Origin: Pseudomonadota bacterium
GTDB lineage: Bacteria; Pseudomonadota; Gammaproteobacteria; Acidithiobacillales; Acidithiobacillaceae
Direction: 5' to 3'
DNA: 44,273 nt
NCBI GenBank assembly: GCA_021818125.1
Contig: JAKAFG010000001.1
Coordinates: 1-44,273 of the forward strand
The notes under the pieces are model-generated. The model was not told the origin of the DNA, did no database searches, and saw only the letters and a list, made by a program, of their open reading frames with translations. Of the stretch, positions 9,207 to 21,693 are shown piece by piece; position 1 is the first letter of the stretch, and each line of letters starts with the position of its first letter. The position numbers and the translations under genes are program-made.

Positions 9207-10040
9207 TCATATCTTCGGTTCGTCCTCATCCCTACTTCTGAAACTCTCCTCAGCAGCATCCATCTCGTCAGCAGCGCTGCGTGACGGCTCTGCCGCGTCA
9301 TCAGCGGTATCTTCCGCAGACCGGATTGCCGGTAAACGTGCCGCGAAGAACAGTCCGACTTCAAAAAGCATGTACATAGGAATGAGGAGCATGACCATGG
9401 ATAACACATCGGGAGGGCTAAGTACTGCCGAGGCGATGGCGCAGATCAGAAAGGCATAGCGGCGGCTGCGACGCAGTGTAGCCACCTGAAGCACCCCGAT
9501 GCGTACCAGTACCACAATGAGAATGGGGATTTGGAAGGCTAGGCCGAAGGCGAGCGAGAATTTGACGATGAGCGAGAGATAACTATCGACTTTGGGCATG
9601 GCGGTAATGTCACCGCCCGAAAAGCTCACGAAAAAGTGGAAGGCATTGGGGAATACGATAAAGTAGGCAAACAGCATCCCGCCGATGAACAGGAAAATAG
9701 AGGCAAAAATCAGCGGGAAAAAGGCCTTGCGCTCATGCTCATAAAGGCCAGGCGCTATGAAGGCCCAGAATTGATAGAGTACGACGGGTAATGCCAAAAC
9801 AAAGCCGGATAGCAAGGAAAGCTGCACGTAAGTCAAAAATACTTCGGGTAAACTGGTGTAAATTAAGTGGCTGCCCTTTGGTAATACATCAATGAGTGGG
9901 GCAGCAAGAATATTATAAATCGTTTTGGAGAAGGGATAAGAAACCAAAAAACCGGCGAAAATAGAGATCACTGCAAATAATACGCGGCGGCGCAATTCCA
10001 GCAAATGGCCGATAAAGGTATTCTCCGCCAACTTATCCAT
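9207..10040 (-). CDS. tatC: Twin-arginine translocase subunit TatC
   Basis: HLLELRRR, YQFWAFIAPGLYEHE, FGLAFQIP, SPPDVLS, LFEVG. Confidence 0.96.
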   Translation of the reverse strand: MDKLAENTFIGHLLELRRRVLFAVISIFAGFLVSYPFSKTIYNILAAPLIDVLPKGSHLIYTSLPEVFLTYVQLSLLSGFVLALPVVLYQFWAFIAPGLYEHERKAFFPLIFASIFLFIGGMLFAYFIVFPNAFHFFVSFSGGDITAMPKVDSYLSLIVKFSLAFGLAFQIPILIVVLVRIGVLQVATLRRSRRYAFLICAIASAVLSPPDVLSMVMLLIPMYMLFEVGLFFAARLPAIRSAEDTADDAAEPSRSAADEMDAAEESFRSRDEDEPKI

Positions 10041-10190
10041 GCTTAAAAAATATCCTTAGGCGGTATCGAAGTATGAGTGAATTTGATAATGGGTAAGCGG
10101 CAAAATACTTGGTGGAGGCCCAGGCTGTAGTGTGCCGGTATAATAATGGCGAACTTCTGCCAACGCATCAGGCGCGAATCAGGCTCGAAA

Positions 10191-10562
10191 TCAATGCACG
10201 CGGTCTTCCGGCCCTGGCTGGTCCGCATGTTGTACCGCTGCCGACATAATGTCGAGTTCACCCTGCCTATGCTCTTCCTTCACTTCGGGCCTCTCACCAA
10301 CCGTTTTCAGGATGTCTGAAGCGGTGATATCGGCAGGCAGCAATTCCTCTTTGGCATAGTCGCGCAGTTTGTTGGCTTCCTGACGCAGATCATCCAGCAA
10401 CAACTGCTGTTCGACCTCAGAGCGCAGGCCGGTCATGGTACGCCGCATGGCGCCGTACCATCTCCCCGCCGTACGCGCGAGCTCGGGCATTTTCTCCGGC
10501 CCGACCACGAGCAGCGCAATAATCCCGAGTAGCGCGAGTTCGCCAAAGCTGAAGTCGAACAT
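10191..10562 (-). CDS. tatB: Twin-arginine translocase subunit TatB
   Basis: MFDFSFGELALLGIIALLVVGPEKMPELAR. Confidence 0.95.
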   Translation of the reverse strand: MFDFSFGELALLGIIALLVVGPEKMPELARTAGRWYGAMRRTMTGLRSEVEQQLLLDDLRQEANKLRDYAKEELLPADITASDILKTVGERPEVKEEHRQGELDIMSAAVQHADQPGPEDRVH

Positions 10563-10568
10563 AAGCGA

Positions 10569-10787
10569 TCAGCGATTAACGGTTTCGTGTTCTTTGCTGG
10601 GCTGGACATCGGCATCAATAGTGCGGCCGATGCTTTCCTTCTTTTCTTCCTCCTCCTTGACGGCGGAGCGGAAGCTCTTGATGGCAGAACCCAGGTCCGA
10701 ACCCACGTTACGCAGCTTCGCGGTGCCAAACAGGGCAACCACGATTAACAGAATGATGACCAGATGCCAGATACTAAAAGCGCCCAT
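10569..10787 (-). CDS. tatA: Twin-arginine translocase subunit TatA
   Basis: [36 protein letters not shown]; SD AAGGAG. Confidence 0.96.
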   Translation of the reverse strand: MGAFSIWHLVIILLIVVALFGTAKLRNVGSDLGSAIKSFRSAVKEEEEKKESIGRTIDADVQPSKEHETVNR

Positions 10788-10862
10788 GACTGCTCTCCTT
10801 CCCCCGCAGGGGTTTACGCGCTACAACTAATTCTTCAACCATAGGAAAATAAGCCGGTTGCG

Positions 10863-11561
10863 TCAAGCTTGCGGACGTCGTGCTGCCTTCTCTTCCAGGC
10901 CGGAAACGCCTTCACGTCGCGCCAGTTCCCCGAGGACATCACCAATAAGCAATTCCTGTTCCTCCAAGGCCACCATCAGGTGAAAGAGGAGGTCTGCCGC
11001 CTCTGCAATAATCGGTTTTGGCTCATGATTCTTGCAAGCGATGACAAATTCGGTGGCTTCTTCGCCCACCTTTTTCAATATCCGGTCCTGGCCCCCATGG
11101 AGCAGTTGTGCCACGTAGGATTGGCCGGAATCGGCCGCCCGCCGACTATGTAGTGTGGCTTGCAGGCTATCGAGGATGCTGCCGGGGGGCGGGGCCTGAT
11201 GCTGCCAGCCCCGCTCGCCGGGTTGGCCGAGGAAGAAGCAGGTTTGCTCCCCGGTGTGGCAGGCCGGGCCTTCCTGAATGACACGCAGGAGAACGGTGTC
11301 GCCATCGCAGTCGAGGCGCAGATCCACCAGATGTTGAATATGGCCGGAGGTCTCGCCTTTACGCCAGAGCGCCTGCCGGGAGCGTGACCAGTAGGTGCCC
11401 ATGCCATCGCGGAGCGTCGCCAGCAATGCGTCGGCATTCATCCAGGCCAGCATCAGTACCTGGCCGCTGCGGGCGTCCTGGGCGATGGCAGGCACCAGGC
11501 CGTCCGCATTCCAGCGCACGGCGGCGAGTATGGCGGCGTGCTGCGCTTCCGATTCACTCAT
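10863..11561 (-). CDS. hisIE: Bifunctional phosphoribosyl-AMP cyclohydrolase / phosphoribosyl-ATP diphosphatase
   Basis: [22 protein letters not shown], followed by KKVGEEATE and EAADLLFH. Confidence 0.95.
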   Translation of the reverse strand: MSESEAQHAAILAAVRWNADGLVPAIAQDARSGQVLMLAWMNADALLATLRDGMGTYWSRSRQALWRKGETSGHIQHLVDLRLDCDGDTVLLRVIQEGPACHTGEQTCFFLGQPGERGWQHQAPPPGSILDSLQATLHSRRAADSGQSYVAQLLHGGQDRILKKVGEEATEFVIACKNHEPKPIIAEAADLLFHLMVALEEQELLIGDVLGELARREGVSGLEEKAARRPQA

Positions 11562-11635
11562 GATGGTCAGAAACCCCTCGTTAATGTCTTTCTATTCAAT
11601 AATACGCAGGTTACGCCTGACAGATGCGCTGCGCT

Positions 11636-12397
11636 TTAGCGGGTTTCGCGCACTGGAATTCCCGCGGCAGCCATCTGTGCCTTGACCTCGGAGATGCGAA
11701 ACTGGCCGAAGTGGAAGACGCTGGCGGCTAACACCGCATCGGCATGCCCCTGCTGGATACCTTCGGCAAAGTGCTGAATTTCTCCGACACCACCCGAGGC
11801 AATCACCGGTACCGGCACGGCATCGCTGACGGCGCGGGTGAGGGCGAGATCAAAACCGATCCCCGTACCGTCCCGGTCCATGCTGGTGAGCAGAATTTCA
11901 CCGGCACCATATTCGGCCATTTGCCGCGCCCAAGCCACCGCATCCAGGCCGGTACTGCGCCGACCGCCGTGGGTGAAGACTTCCCAGTGATCGTCCACCC
12001 GCTTGGCGTCGATGGCGACGACGATGCAGGAGTTACCGAAACGCCGGGCGGCGGCGCGCACCAGGCCCGGTTCATTCACGGCGGCGCTGTTGATGCTGAC
12101 CTTGTCGGCACCGGCGAGGAGCAGGGTGCGGATATCTTCGACACAACGCACCCCACCGCCTACCGTCAAGGGAATGAAGACCTGGGCAGCCACGGCAGAT
12201 ACCACATCGGCAAGGGTGCCGCGTTCTTCATAACTGGCGGAGATGTCGAGAAAGGTGATTTCGTCGGCACCCTCATCGTTGTAGCGTTTGGCCACTTCCA
12301 CCGGATCGCCGGCGTCGCGCAAGGCAATGAACTGGACGCCCTTCACCACGCGACCGTGGTCGATGTCCAGGCAGGGTATGATGCGCTTAGCGAGCAT
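11636..12397 (-). CDS. hisF: Imidazole glycerol phosphate synthase cyclase subunit
   Basis: [29 protein letters not shown]; start trimmed to ATG12397. Confidence 0.97.
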   Translation of the reverse strand: MLAKRIIPCLDIDHGRVVKGVQFIALRDAGDPVEVAKRYNDEGADEITFLDISASYEERGTLADVVSAVAAQVFIPLTVGGGVRCVEDIRTLLLAGADKVSINSAAVNEPGLVRAAARRFGNSCIVVAIDAKRVDDHWEVFTHGGRRSTGLDAVAWARQMAEYGAGEILLTSMDRDGTGIGFDLALTRAVSDAVPVPVIASGGVGEIQHFAEGIQQGHADAVLAASVFHFGQFRISEVKAQMAAAGIPVRETR

Positions 12398-12401
12398 CTG
12401 C

Positions 12402-13130
12402 TTAGGCCTCGGCCAAGGCACGGGCCTGGCTAAAGTCCAGGGTTCCTTCATAAATGGCGCGGCCGGTAATGGCGCCGGTGACGCCGTCGCCCTCGTAGGC
12501 CTTGAGCGCTAGTACCTGCTCCAGATTGGCGATGCCGCCCGAGGCGATGACTGGTACTGGCACAGCCTGAGCCAGTGCGACTGTCGCGGGAATATTAGGG
12601 CCACTGAGCATGCCATCGCGGCTGATGTCGGTGTAGATGATGGCCTCAATGCCGTCGGCGGCGAAGTGCCGGGCGAGGTCTATGGGGTCATGACGGGAGA
12701 GTTTTGACCAGCCTTCAGTGGCGACTTTGCCGTCGCGGGCATCAATGCCCACCATGATGTGGCCGGGGAAACTCACTGCGGCATCGGCGACGAAGCCGGG
12801 GGATTTAACTGCCTGGGTGCCGATGATCACATAACGAACGCCGGCCTGGATGTAGGTTTCAATCTGCTCTTCGCTGCGGATGCCGCCGCCGACCTGGATT
12901 TCAAGGTCAGGGAAGCGTGCGCAGATGGTGGCAATGGCCTGTGCATTTACCGGCTCCCCCTGCACGGCACCGTCGAGATCGACGATGTGCAGACGTTTGG
13001 CGCCTGCTTCCACCCAGCGTTGCGCCGTGGCGACCGGATTATCCGAGAAGACCGTGTTGTCTTCCATCCGGCCCTGCCGTAAGCGCACACAGTTCCCGCC
13101 CTTGAGGTCGATGGCCGGAATCAACAGCAT
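12402..13130 (-). CDS. hisA: ProFAR isomerase
   Basis: [36 protein letters not shown]. Confidence 0.97.
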   Translation of the reverse strand: MLLIPAIDLKGGNCVRLRQGRMEDNTVFSDNPVATAQRWVEAGAKRLHIVDLDGAVQGEPVNAQAIATICARFPDLEIQVGGGIRSEEQIETYIQAGVRYVIIGTQAVKSPGFVADAAVSFPGHIMVGIDARDGKVATEGWSKLSRHDPIDLARHFAADGIEAIIYTDISRDGMLSGPNIPATVALAQAVPVPVIASGGIANLEQVLALKAYEGDGVTGAITGRAIYEGTLDFSQARALAEA

Positions 13131-13169
13131 GACAACTTCCTCCCCACAAAGTTATTCCAGAAAACAGAT

Positions 13170-13841
13170 TCAAATCGCACAGTTGGCTCCGTAAACGCCA
13201 TCCCAGCCGAGAAAGTTCCCGAGCAGGCGCAGGCCCGCCGTGCCGCTCTTTTCCGGGTGGCATTGCAGGGCGAATAGGTTGTCCGTCGCCACCGCCGCAC
13301 AGAAGGGAAAGGCGTAATCGCTGAAGGCCGCGAGTATCTCGGGGGCGGAGGGTTCCACATAGAAGGAGTGGACGAAGTAAAAGTAGGCATTCTGGGGAAC
13401 GCCAGCAAAAAGCGGGTGTTCCACGAGTTGATGCAGCTCGTTCCAGCCCATGTGGGGAATTTTCAGGCGCCTGCCATCCGCGGCATGCAGGGCTTCTTCG
13501 GGAAAGGGGATGACCTGCCCCGGCAGCAGACCGAGCCCGGCGTGTTCGCCATGCTCCACACTGCTGTCCATGAGCATCTGCATCCCGAGGCAGATGCCGA
13601 GGAAGGGCCGGGTCTGCGCCGCAACGCGGACGAAGTCACTGAGCTCACGGGCTTCCAGCGCCGCCATACAGTCGCCGAAGGCGCCGACGCCGGGGAAGAT
13701 GATGCGGTCCGTGGTGGCCAGTTCGCTGGCCTGATCACTGACAATCGCCTTGCCGCCCAGATACTCCACGGCCTTGGCCACCGAGTAGAGGTTGCCCATG
13801 CCGTAGTCAACAATACCGACGCGGGTCGTGGCGGCGCTCAT
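13170..13841 (-). CDS. hisH: Imidazole glycerol phosphate synthase glutaminase subunit
   Basis: DYGMGNL, PGVGAF, GICLGMQ, PHMGWN, YFVHSF, QCHPEKS. Confidence 0.97.
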   Translation of the reverse strand: MSAATTRVGIVDYGMGNLYSVAKAVEYLGGKAIVSDQASELATTDRIIFPGVGAFGDCMAALEARELSDFVRVAAQTRPFLGICLGMQMLMDSSVEHGEHAGLGLLPGQVIPFPEEALHAADGRRLKIPHMGWNELHQLVEHPLFAGVPQNAYFYFVHSFYVEPSAPEILAAFSDYAFPFCAAVATDNLFALQCHPEKSGTAGLRLLGNFLGWDGVYGANCAI

Positions 13842-14437
13842 AGGGTCAGGGTGCCCTTGGTACTGGGCACGGTGCCCGCCATGCGCGGATCAGGAGTGAC
13901 CGCCATGCGCAGGGCACGTCCACAGGCCTTGAAGAGGGTCTCGGCGATGTGGTGGGCATTGTTGCCACGCAAGGCGTCCAGGTGCAGTGTCACCTGTGCG
14001 TGGTTGACGAAGCCCTGAAAGAATTCATGGAAGAGATCCACATCAAAGCCGCCTACCTGATCACGGGGGAATTCGGCCGCGAAGATCAGTCCGGGACGGC
14101 CGGAAAGGTCCACCACCACCCGCGACAGCGCCTCGTCCAGAGGCACGTAGGCATGGCCATAGCGCTGGATGCCGGCCTTGTCCCCCACGGCGCGGGCAAA
14201 GGCCTGACCGAGGGTGATGCCGATGTCTTCCACCGTGTGGTGAGCGTCGATATCCAGATCGCCCTGGGCCTGAATGTGCATGTCGAAAAGACCATGACGG
14301 ACGATCTGGTGGATCATGTGGTCAAGAAAGGGTAACCCGGTGTGCAGGTCGGCCTGCCCGGAACCATCGAGATTCAGGGTGACACGGATCTGGGTTTCGA
14401 GGGTGTTTCTTTCGACTTCGGCTTGACGCGGATTCAC
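13838..14437 (-). CDS. hisB: Imidazoleglycerol-phosphate dehydratase
   Basis: [25 protein letters not shown]. Confidence 0.97.
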   Translation of the reverse strand: MNPRQAEVERNTLETQIRVTLNLDGSGQADLHTGLPFLDHMIHQIVRHGLFDMHIQAQGDLDIDAHHTVEDIGITLGQAFARAVGDKAGIQRYGHAYVPLDEALSRVVVDLSGRPGLIFAAEFPRDQVGGFDVDLFHEFFQGFVNHAQVTLHLDALRGNNAHHIAETLFKACGRALRMAVTPDPRMAGTVPSTKGTLTL

Positions 14438-15513
14438 AGTAAAGACTCCAGTACGGCCAGAAAACGATCATTTTCGGCCGGTGTGCCGACGCTGACCCGT
14501 AGATAGTCGCTGAGACGGGGGTGGCCTGTAAAGGCTTTGATAAGCACCCCGCCTTCACGCAGTCCTGAGAACAGCGCCGCGGCCCGCCCGGGGGCGTGAA
14601 AGAGCAGGAAATTGGCGGCGCTGGGCCAGATCGAAAGACCGCAGGTGCTGATGGCCTTGAAGAGCCGTTCCCTCTCGGCACGTAGGATTTCGGCCTGAGC
14701 GTCCAACACTTCGGTATGACGCAGGTAGAAGGACGCGCTGCGCTGGGTGAGCACATTAATGTTGTAAGGCAGGCGCAGCTTATCCAGTTCCTGAATCCAC
14801 GCGGCCGGCCCCGCCAGCATCCCCAGCCGCAACCCCGCCAAGCCCTCCTTGGACAGGGTGCGGAGCAAGAGGAGGTTGGGGGTGCGTCCCAGGCGATCGG
14901 CAAAGGTCGTCTGACTGAAAGCGTGATAAGCTTCGTCCACTACCACCAGGCCCGGCGCTGCGGCGACAATAGCTTCCAGATCGGTCTCGGGAAAGAGGCT
15001 GCCACTGGGATTGTTGGGCCAGTCGAGGAAAATGATGGCGGGTTGTTGCGCGGTGATGGCGGTCAGCATGGCCGGGAGATCCAGACGGAAGTCCGCGTTC
15101 AGGGGAATGCCCACAAAAGACAGGCCGAGGTGTTGCGCCAGCAGGCGGTACATGACGAAACTGGGGTCCACAGCCATGATGGGGCGCTGGCTGCCTGCTA
15201 CGGCGGTCACCAGAATCTGGATCAGTTCGTCGGAGCCGTTGCCGAGCATGAGCTCCACGCCATTGGGCAGACCGATATGCGCCTTGAGGGCGTCTATGAG
15301 CGTGTTGGGGTGCGCGTCGGGGTAGCGATTGAGGGGCGCATCGGCCAAGCTCTCCAGCCATTGCTCACGCAAGGCCGCAGGTAAACCATAGGGGTTCTCC
15401 ATGGCATCAAGCTTGATGAGCCCCTCACCGGCTGCCACCGCATAGGCTTTACTGGCCAGCAATTCCGGGCGGAGCAGGCTCTGCATCAGGGTTGTCGTAG
15501 CGCTGTCGCTCAT
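14434..15513 (-). CDS. hisC: Histidinol-phosphate aminotransferase
   Basis: NRYPD, GNGSDE, PNNPSG, VDEAY, RTLSK..LAGLRLG. Confidence 0.96.
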   Translation of the reverse strand: MSDSATTTLMQSLLRPELLASKAYAVAAGEGLIKLDAMENPYGLPAALREQWLESLADAPLNRYPDAHPNTLIDALKAHIGLPNGVELMLGNGSDELIQILVTAVAGSQRPIMAVDPSFVMYRLLAQHLGLSFVGIPLNADFRLDLPAMLTAITAQQPAIIFLDWPNNPSGSLFPETDLEAIVAAAPGLVVVDEAYHAFSQTTFADRLGRTPNLLLLRTLSKEGLAGLRLGMLAGPAAWIQELDKLRLPYNINVLTQRSASFYLRHTEVLDAQAEILRAERERLFKAISTCGLSIWPSAANFLLFHAPGRAAALFSGLREGGVLIKAFTGHPRLSDYLRVSVGTPAENDRFLAVLESLL

Positions 15514-16807
15514 GACCCGGCTTTGGGGATACGGCAGGCTGCTGAACGGGCATGGGCGGTCAGACCTTCGCCCAGGGCGAGGCGCTCGGCGATCCGCCCC
15601 AGTTGCGCGGCACTGGCGGGGCTGCTGTGAATGAGACTGCTCCGCTTGACGAAATCATAGACGCCGAGGGGCGAGGAGAAGCGTGCGCTGCCGCCCGTGG
15701 GCAGCACATGGTTGGGGCCGGCTACATAATCGCCGAGGGCCTCGCAACTGTGGATGCCCATGAAGATGGCCCCGGCATTGTGGATGTCCGCCAGCCAGTC
15801 TTCAGGATTCTGCACGGCTAGCTCCAGATGTTCCGGCGCGATGCTGTCGGCAATGGCGCAGGCCTCGGCACGGTCGCGCACACGAATCACCGCCCCCCGG
15901 TCTGCCCAGCTTTTGCGGGCGATGGGCGCGCGATCAAGTACGTTCAGCGCTGCATCAACGGCGGCGACCACCGACTCGATGTGGGCGTCGTCCCAACTGA
16001 TGAAAATGCTCTGGGCAATCTCATCATGTTCCGCCTGTGAGAGCAGATCCCAGGCCAACCATTCTGCCGGTGCCGAGCCATCGCTGATTACGAGGATTTC
16101 GCTGGGTCCGGCAATCATATCGATGCCGACCCGGCCGAAGACCATGCGCTTGGCGGTGGCCACATAGATATTGCCGGGGCCGACAATCTTGTCTACTGCC
16201 GGGACGCTTTCTGTGCCGTAGGCGAGCGCCGCTACCGCCTGTGCGCCGCCGATACAGAACACTCGATCCACGCCGGCAATAGCTGCTGCTGCCAGCACCC
16301 AAGGATTCACCTGCCCTTGCGGGGTGGGTACGGTCATGATGATTTCCTTCACGCCGGCTACGTGCGCGGGAATGGCATTCATCAGCACGGAGCTGGGATA
16401 AGCCGCCTTGCCGCCGGGCACATAAATCCCCACCCGGGACAGGGGCAGGATGCGCTGGCCCAGCACCGTGCCGTCGGCCTCGGTAAAGGTCCAGCTTTCA
16501 CTGCGCTGGTGCTCGTGGTAACTGCGGATACGTTGCGCCGCCTCTTCCAGGGCAGCCCGCTGGGTGGGCTCCAGGCTGTTGAGCGCCGCATCCCAGGCGC
16601 TGCGGGGGATTTCCAAATCAGCGGCGGAAGCTGTCGTCACCCCATCAAAGCGCTCAGTGTACTCGCGTAGCGCCGCATCGCCCCGATCACGGACCGCAGC
16701 AACAATTTCCCGCACCCGCACTTCAATCTGCGGATCCAGATTGGCATCCCAGTCATGCAGTGCGTGAAACTGGCGGACAAAATCGGGGTCGCTGGTATCC
16801 AGACGGT

Positions 16808-16811
<4 letters not shown>
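15510..16811 (-). CDS. hisD: Histidinol dehydrogenase
   Basis: [50 protein letters not shown]. Confidence 0.97.
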
Positions 16812-18732
<1,921 letters not shown>

Positions 18733-19065
18733 TTAGCTCGCGCTGGCCGCTTGGGCACTGTCGACCAGTTTCTGCAATTCGCCCTGCTGATAGAGATCGG
18801 ACATAATGTCTGACCCGCCGACAAACTCACCCTGAATATAGAGCTGGGGAATAGTCGGCCAGTTGGAATACTGTTTGATGCCGTCGCGAATCTGCGGGTC
18901 GGTCAGCACGTCCACCGTAAAGAGCTCCTTGACGCCTGACTGCTGCAACAGTTGCACGGCACGGGCCGAGAAACCGCATTGCGGTGCCCGTGGGTTGCCC
19001 TTCATATAAAGCACGACCGGGTGTTTCTGGACCTGTTCCTGAATAAGTTCCTGAATCGTTGCCAT
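18733..19065 (-). CDS. grxD: Monothiol glutaredoxin Grx4
   Basis: PQCGFS, WPTIPQLY, GEFVGGSDI. Confidence 0.95.
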   Translation of the reverse strand: MATIQELIQEQVQKHPVVLYMKGNPRAPQCGFSARAVQLLQQSGVKELFTVDVLTDPQIRDGIKQYSNWPTIPQLYIQGEFVGGSDIMSDLYQQGELQKLVDSAQAASAS

Positions 19066-19097
19066 GGTTATCCTCGCTAAATTGGGGGTGAGTGCGG

Positions 19098-19352
19098 CTA
19101 ATGCGCCGCCGCGTGACGGAGCTGTTGCGCCTGCTCGGGAGTCAGGGTGCGCAGCGAGAGGGCGTGAATTTCCTCGCGCATACGCTCGCCCAGCGCATCA
19201 TAAACCATTTGATGCTGCTTGATGAGGGAAAGCCCAACAAAGGCCGGGGAAACCACCAGCGCCTCGAAATGGACGCCGTCGTCTCCCAGAACCTCGATGA
19301 GGGCGTCGGGAAGCTGCTGCTTAATGAGTGATTTGATCGTGTTGGCGTTCAT
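19098..19352 (-). CDS. BolA/IbaG family protein
   Basis: GDDGVHF..VVSPAF.G..IKQHQMVY.AL..IHALS; start trimmed to ATG19352. Confidence 0.92.
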   Translation of the reverse strand: MNANTIKSLIKQQLPDALIEVLGDDGVHFEALVVSPAFVGLSLIKQHQMVYDALGERMREEIHALSLRTLTPEQAQQLRHAAAH

Positions 19353-19442
19353 GAAGTGTAGTGTAACGTAAAAAAGCCGCTGTGTGATGTCGCTTTTTAT
19401 ACTCAGCTGCGCCCGGCTGTGCAAGATGTGACGTTGAGCGCC

Positions 19443-20267
19443 TTATTGGCGCAGCTTGTAACCACGATCCAGCAGGCGCCAGGCAAAGAAACCGGTCCCG
19501 CCCGCGAAGGCGATGCTGACCCCTAGAGAAACCCATACACTGACATCAGAAGCTGCAAAAAAACCATAACGAAACCCGTCGATGATGTAGAAAAACGGGT
19601 TGAACAGCGATATGTGCTGCAACGCGCCGGGCAGGGATTGCACCGAGTAAAAGACACCGGCAAGAAAAGTCAGCGGCATGATAATAAAGTTTTGGAAACC
19701 GGCAATCTGATCGAATTTCTCAGCCCAAAGCCCGGCGATTAGGCCCAGTGAACCCATGCCGCTCGCGCCCAGAATGGTAAACACGGCGATCCACAAGGGG
19801 CGCAGCAGAGGTATGTGCAGATAAAGCAGCGCCAGTGCGAGTATGGCAATCCCCACCAGCGCGCCGCGCAGCACCGACGCGGCAACCATGGCAACGAAAA
19901 TCTCGGTGGGGCTGAGCGGGCTGAGCAGCAGAAAAACGATGTTCCCTGTCACCTTGGCTTGAATCAGGCTGGAAGAGCTGTTGGCAAAGGCATTTTGCAA
20001 GATCGACATCATCATCAGCCCGGGAACGATGAAGGCCGTATAGCTGACCCCCGGATAGACCGATATATGTCCGCCCAATGCGTGCCCAAAAACCACCAGA
20101 TAGAGGATGGTGGTGATCAGTGGGGCGGCAATGGTTTGTAGCCAGACCTTGCCGAAGCGCAAGGTCTCTTTGTAAAACAGCGTCCAGACCGGTGCGAAGC
20201 GGGCGCGTGCAAGACCCAGGCGGGGACCGGTCACGGCCTGCTGTAACCCGCCGAAATGCTCAGGCAT
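19443..20267 (-). CDS. ABC-2 type transporter permease (YadH-like)
   Basis: TLFYKE.LRF, FIVPGLMMM, NAFANSSSS, PLTFLAGVFYS, NPFFYIIDGFRYGF; start overlaps the surA end. Confidence 0.9.
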   Translation of the reverse strand: MPEHFGGLQQAVTGPRLGLARARFAPVWTLFYKETLRFGKVWLQTIAAPLITTILYLVVFGHALGGHISVYPGVSYTAFIVPGLMMMSILQNAFANSSSSLIQAKVTGNIVFLLLSPLSPTEIFVAMVAASVLRGALVGIAILALALLYLHIPLLRPLWIAVFTILGASGMGSLGLIAGLWAEKFDQIAGFQNFIIMPLTFLAGVFYSVQSLPGALQHISLFNPFFYIIDGFRYGFFAASDVSVWVSLGVSIAFAGGTGFFAWRLLDRGYKLRQ

Positions 20268-21693
20268 CGCTGCTGCGCAGGCCGGGCTCGAGGATCTCGA
20301 CGTAGGCACTGTCGCGGATGCGGCGTTGCCATTCGTCCATGCGCTCGTGGACGATACGGTTGTAGAGCTGCATGCGCGCTGCGGCCATAATCTGTTTCTC
20401 TTCAACCGGCTGCTGGCGCTGAGCCTGGGAGTGCAGAATGTAAATCGCATCTCCTTCGCGGATGGGACTACTCACCCCACCAGGTTGCAAAGTGACCAGT
20501 GTGCGTTCCAGGCTGTCTGGCAATTGTCCGGGAGCGACCCAGCCCATTTCTCCACCGCCAGCGGCGGTGCTGGTGTCCTGGCTGTAATTACGCGCCAGTT
20601 CAGAGAAGCGGGTGCCGCTTTGCAGCGCCTGCTGGATATCCTGAGCGCGTGCCTCAGCCTCCTGCAACTGCAGACTGTTGCCGGCACGCAGGACGATCAT
20701 AGCCGTTTTGACCTCGGTGACCGTCGGCTGTTCATGCTTGACATCGAGCAACTTGAAAATATGAAACCCAGTGGGTCCCGGGATGACGGGGCTGATTTCG
20801 CCCGCCTTTAACTGGAGGAGGGTTTGGGTCACTGAGGGTGGGAGCTCACCCGCCTTGACCCAACCGATGCGTCCGCCCTGCAAGGCATCGTGGCCGCTGC
20901 TGACCTGGGCGGCGAGGCGCGCAAAGCTCTCACCGGCCACCACGCGATCACGCACCTGCCCGGCTTCACGCCGCGCCGCGCTGACGGCGTCTGGTGTCGG
21001 GTTGTCAGACAGCGGGATGAATATCTGCTGTAGGTCGAAACTCACGCCGCCCATTTCTTTGAGCTGTTGCGCGAAGGTTTTCACCTCGTCGGGGCCAATG
21101 TGGACTCGGCTCTCCACTTCCTGCTGCATGAGGCGATCCACAAGAATGCGGTCCTTGAGGTCGTTGGTAAATTGCTCCCACGACTGCCCTTGATTGGTCA
21201 GCGCCTGGCGTAACTGGTCAGGGGTGAGGTGGTTGGCTTGAGCGAGGTTGCTGATGGCTTGGTCCAGCGTGCCTTTGTCAACCTTGATTCCGGCCCGGTG
21301 CGCGATTTGCAGCTCGATGTGCTGTAGAATCATCTGCTGCAACACTTGGCGGCGCAGGATGTCTTCGGGGGGCATAGCGTTGGGGTCTTGCGTCTGTAGA
21401 CGGGCACGCACGGCGCTTACTCGTTGCTCGAGCTGCATGGAGGTGATGATATTGTCGTTCACCACAGCAATGACCTTGTCGAGATTCTGGGTGTTTTCGG
21501 GTAGCGGTGCCGCCATCGGTGCTAGGGCAGAGTTTTCCGAATAAGTGTGCGTTGTCGTAGAGGGTGCCGTCACCGGTGCGGCCGGCAGCAGGGTGTCACG
21601 GTTGAGAAAGGGCGTACTCGCCCAGGCCAAAACCGGGGCGGTCCCCAGAACGATGCTCAGGGCGAATAAGATAGGGCGGCGTTTGAGTGACAT
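20260..21693 (-). CDS. surA: Periplasmic chaperone / PPIase SurA
   Basis: Signal peptide, DKVIAVVNDNII, two parvulin-like domains (GESFARLA..GG.IGW; F.ELARNYSQD..GGEMGW); follows lptD. Confidence 0.92.
   Translation of the reverse strand: MSLKRRPILFALSIVLGTAPVLAWASTPFLNRDTLLPAAPVTAPSTTTHTYSENSALAPMAAPLPENTQNLDKVIAVVNDNIITSMQLEQRVSAVRARLQTQDPNAMPPEDILRRQVLQQMILQHIELQIAHRAGIKVDKGTLDQAISNLAQANHLTPDQLRQALTNQGQSWEQFTNDLKDRILVDRLMQQEVESRVHIGPDEVKTFAQQLKEMGGVSFDLQQIFIPLSDNPTPDAVSAARREAGQVRDRVVAGESFARLAAQVSSGHDALQGGRIGWVKAGELPPSVTQTLLQLKAGEISPVIPGPTGFHIFKLLDVKHEQPTVTEVKTAMIVLRAGNSLQLQEAEARAQDIQQALQSGTRFSELARNYSQDTSTAAGGGEMGWVAPGQLPDSLERTLVTLQPGGVSSPIREGDAIYILHSQAQRQQPVEEKQIMAAARMQLYNRIVHERMDEWQRRIRDSAYVEILEPGLRSSDA

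Noticed and set aside
10043-10261. 72-aa ORF across the tatB-tatC spacer, and the 81-aa ORF 9164..9409
   Set aside because: They overlap tatB or tatC out of frame, with no SD and no recognisable features
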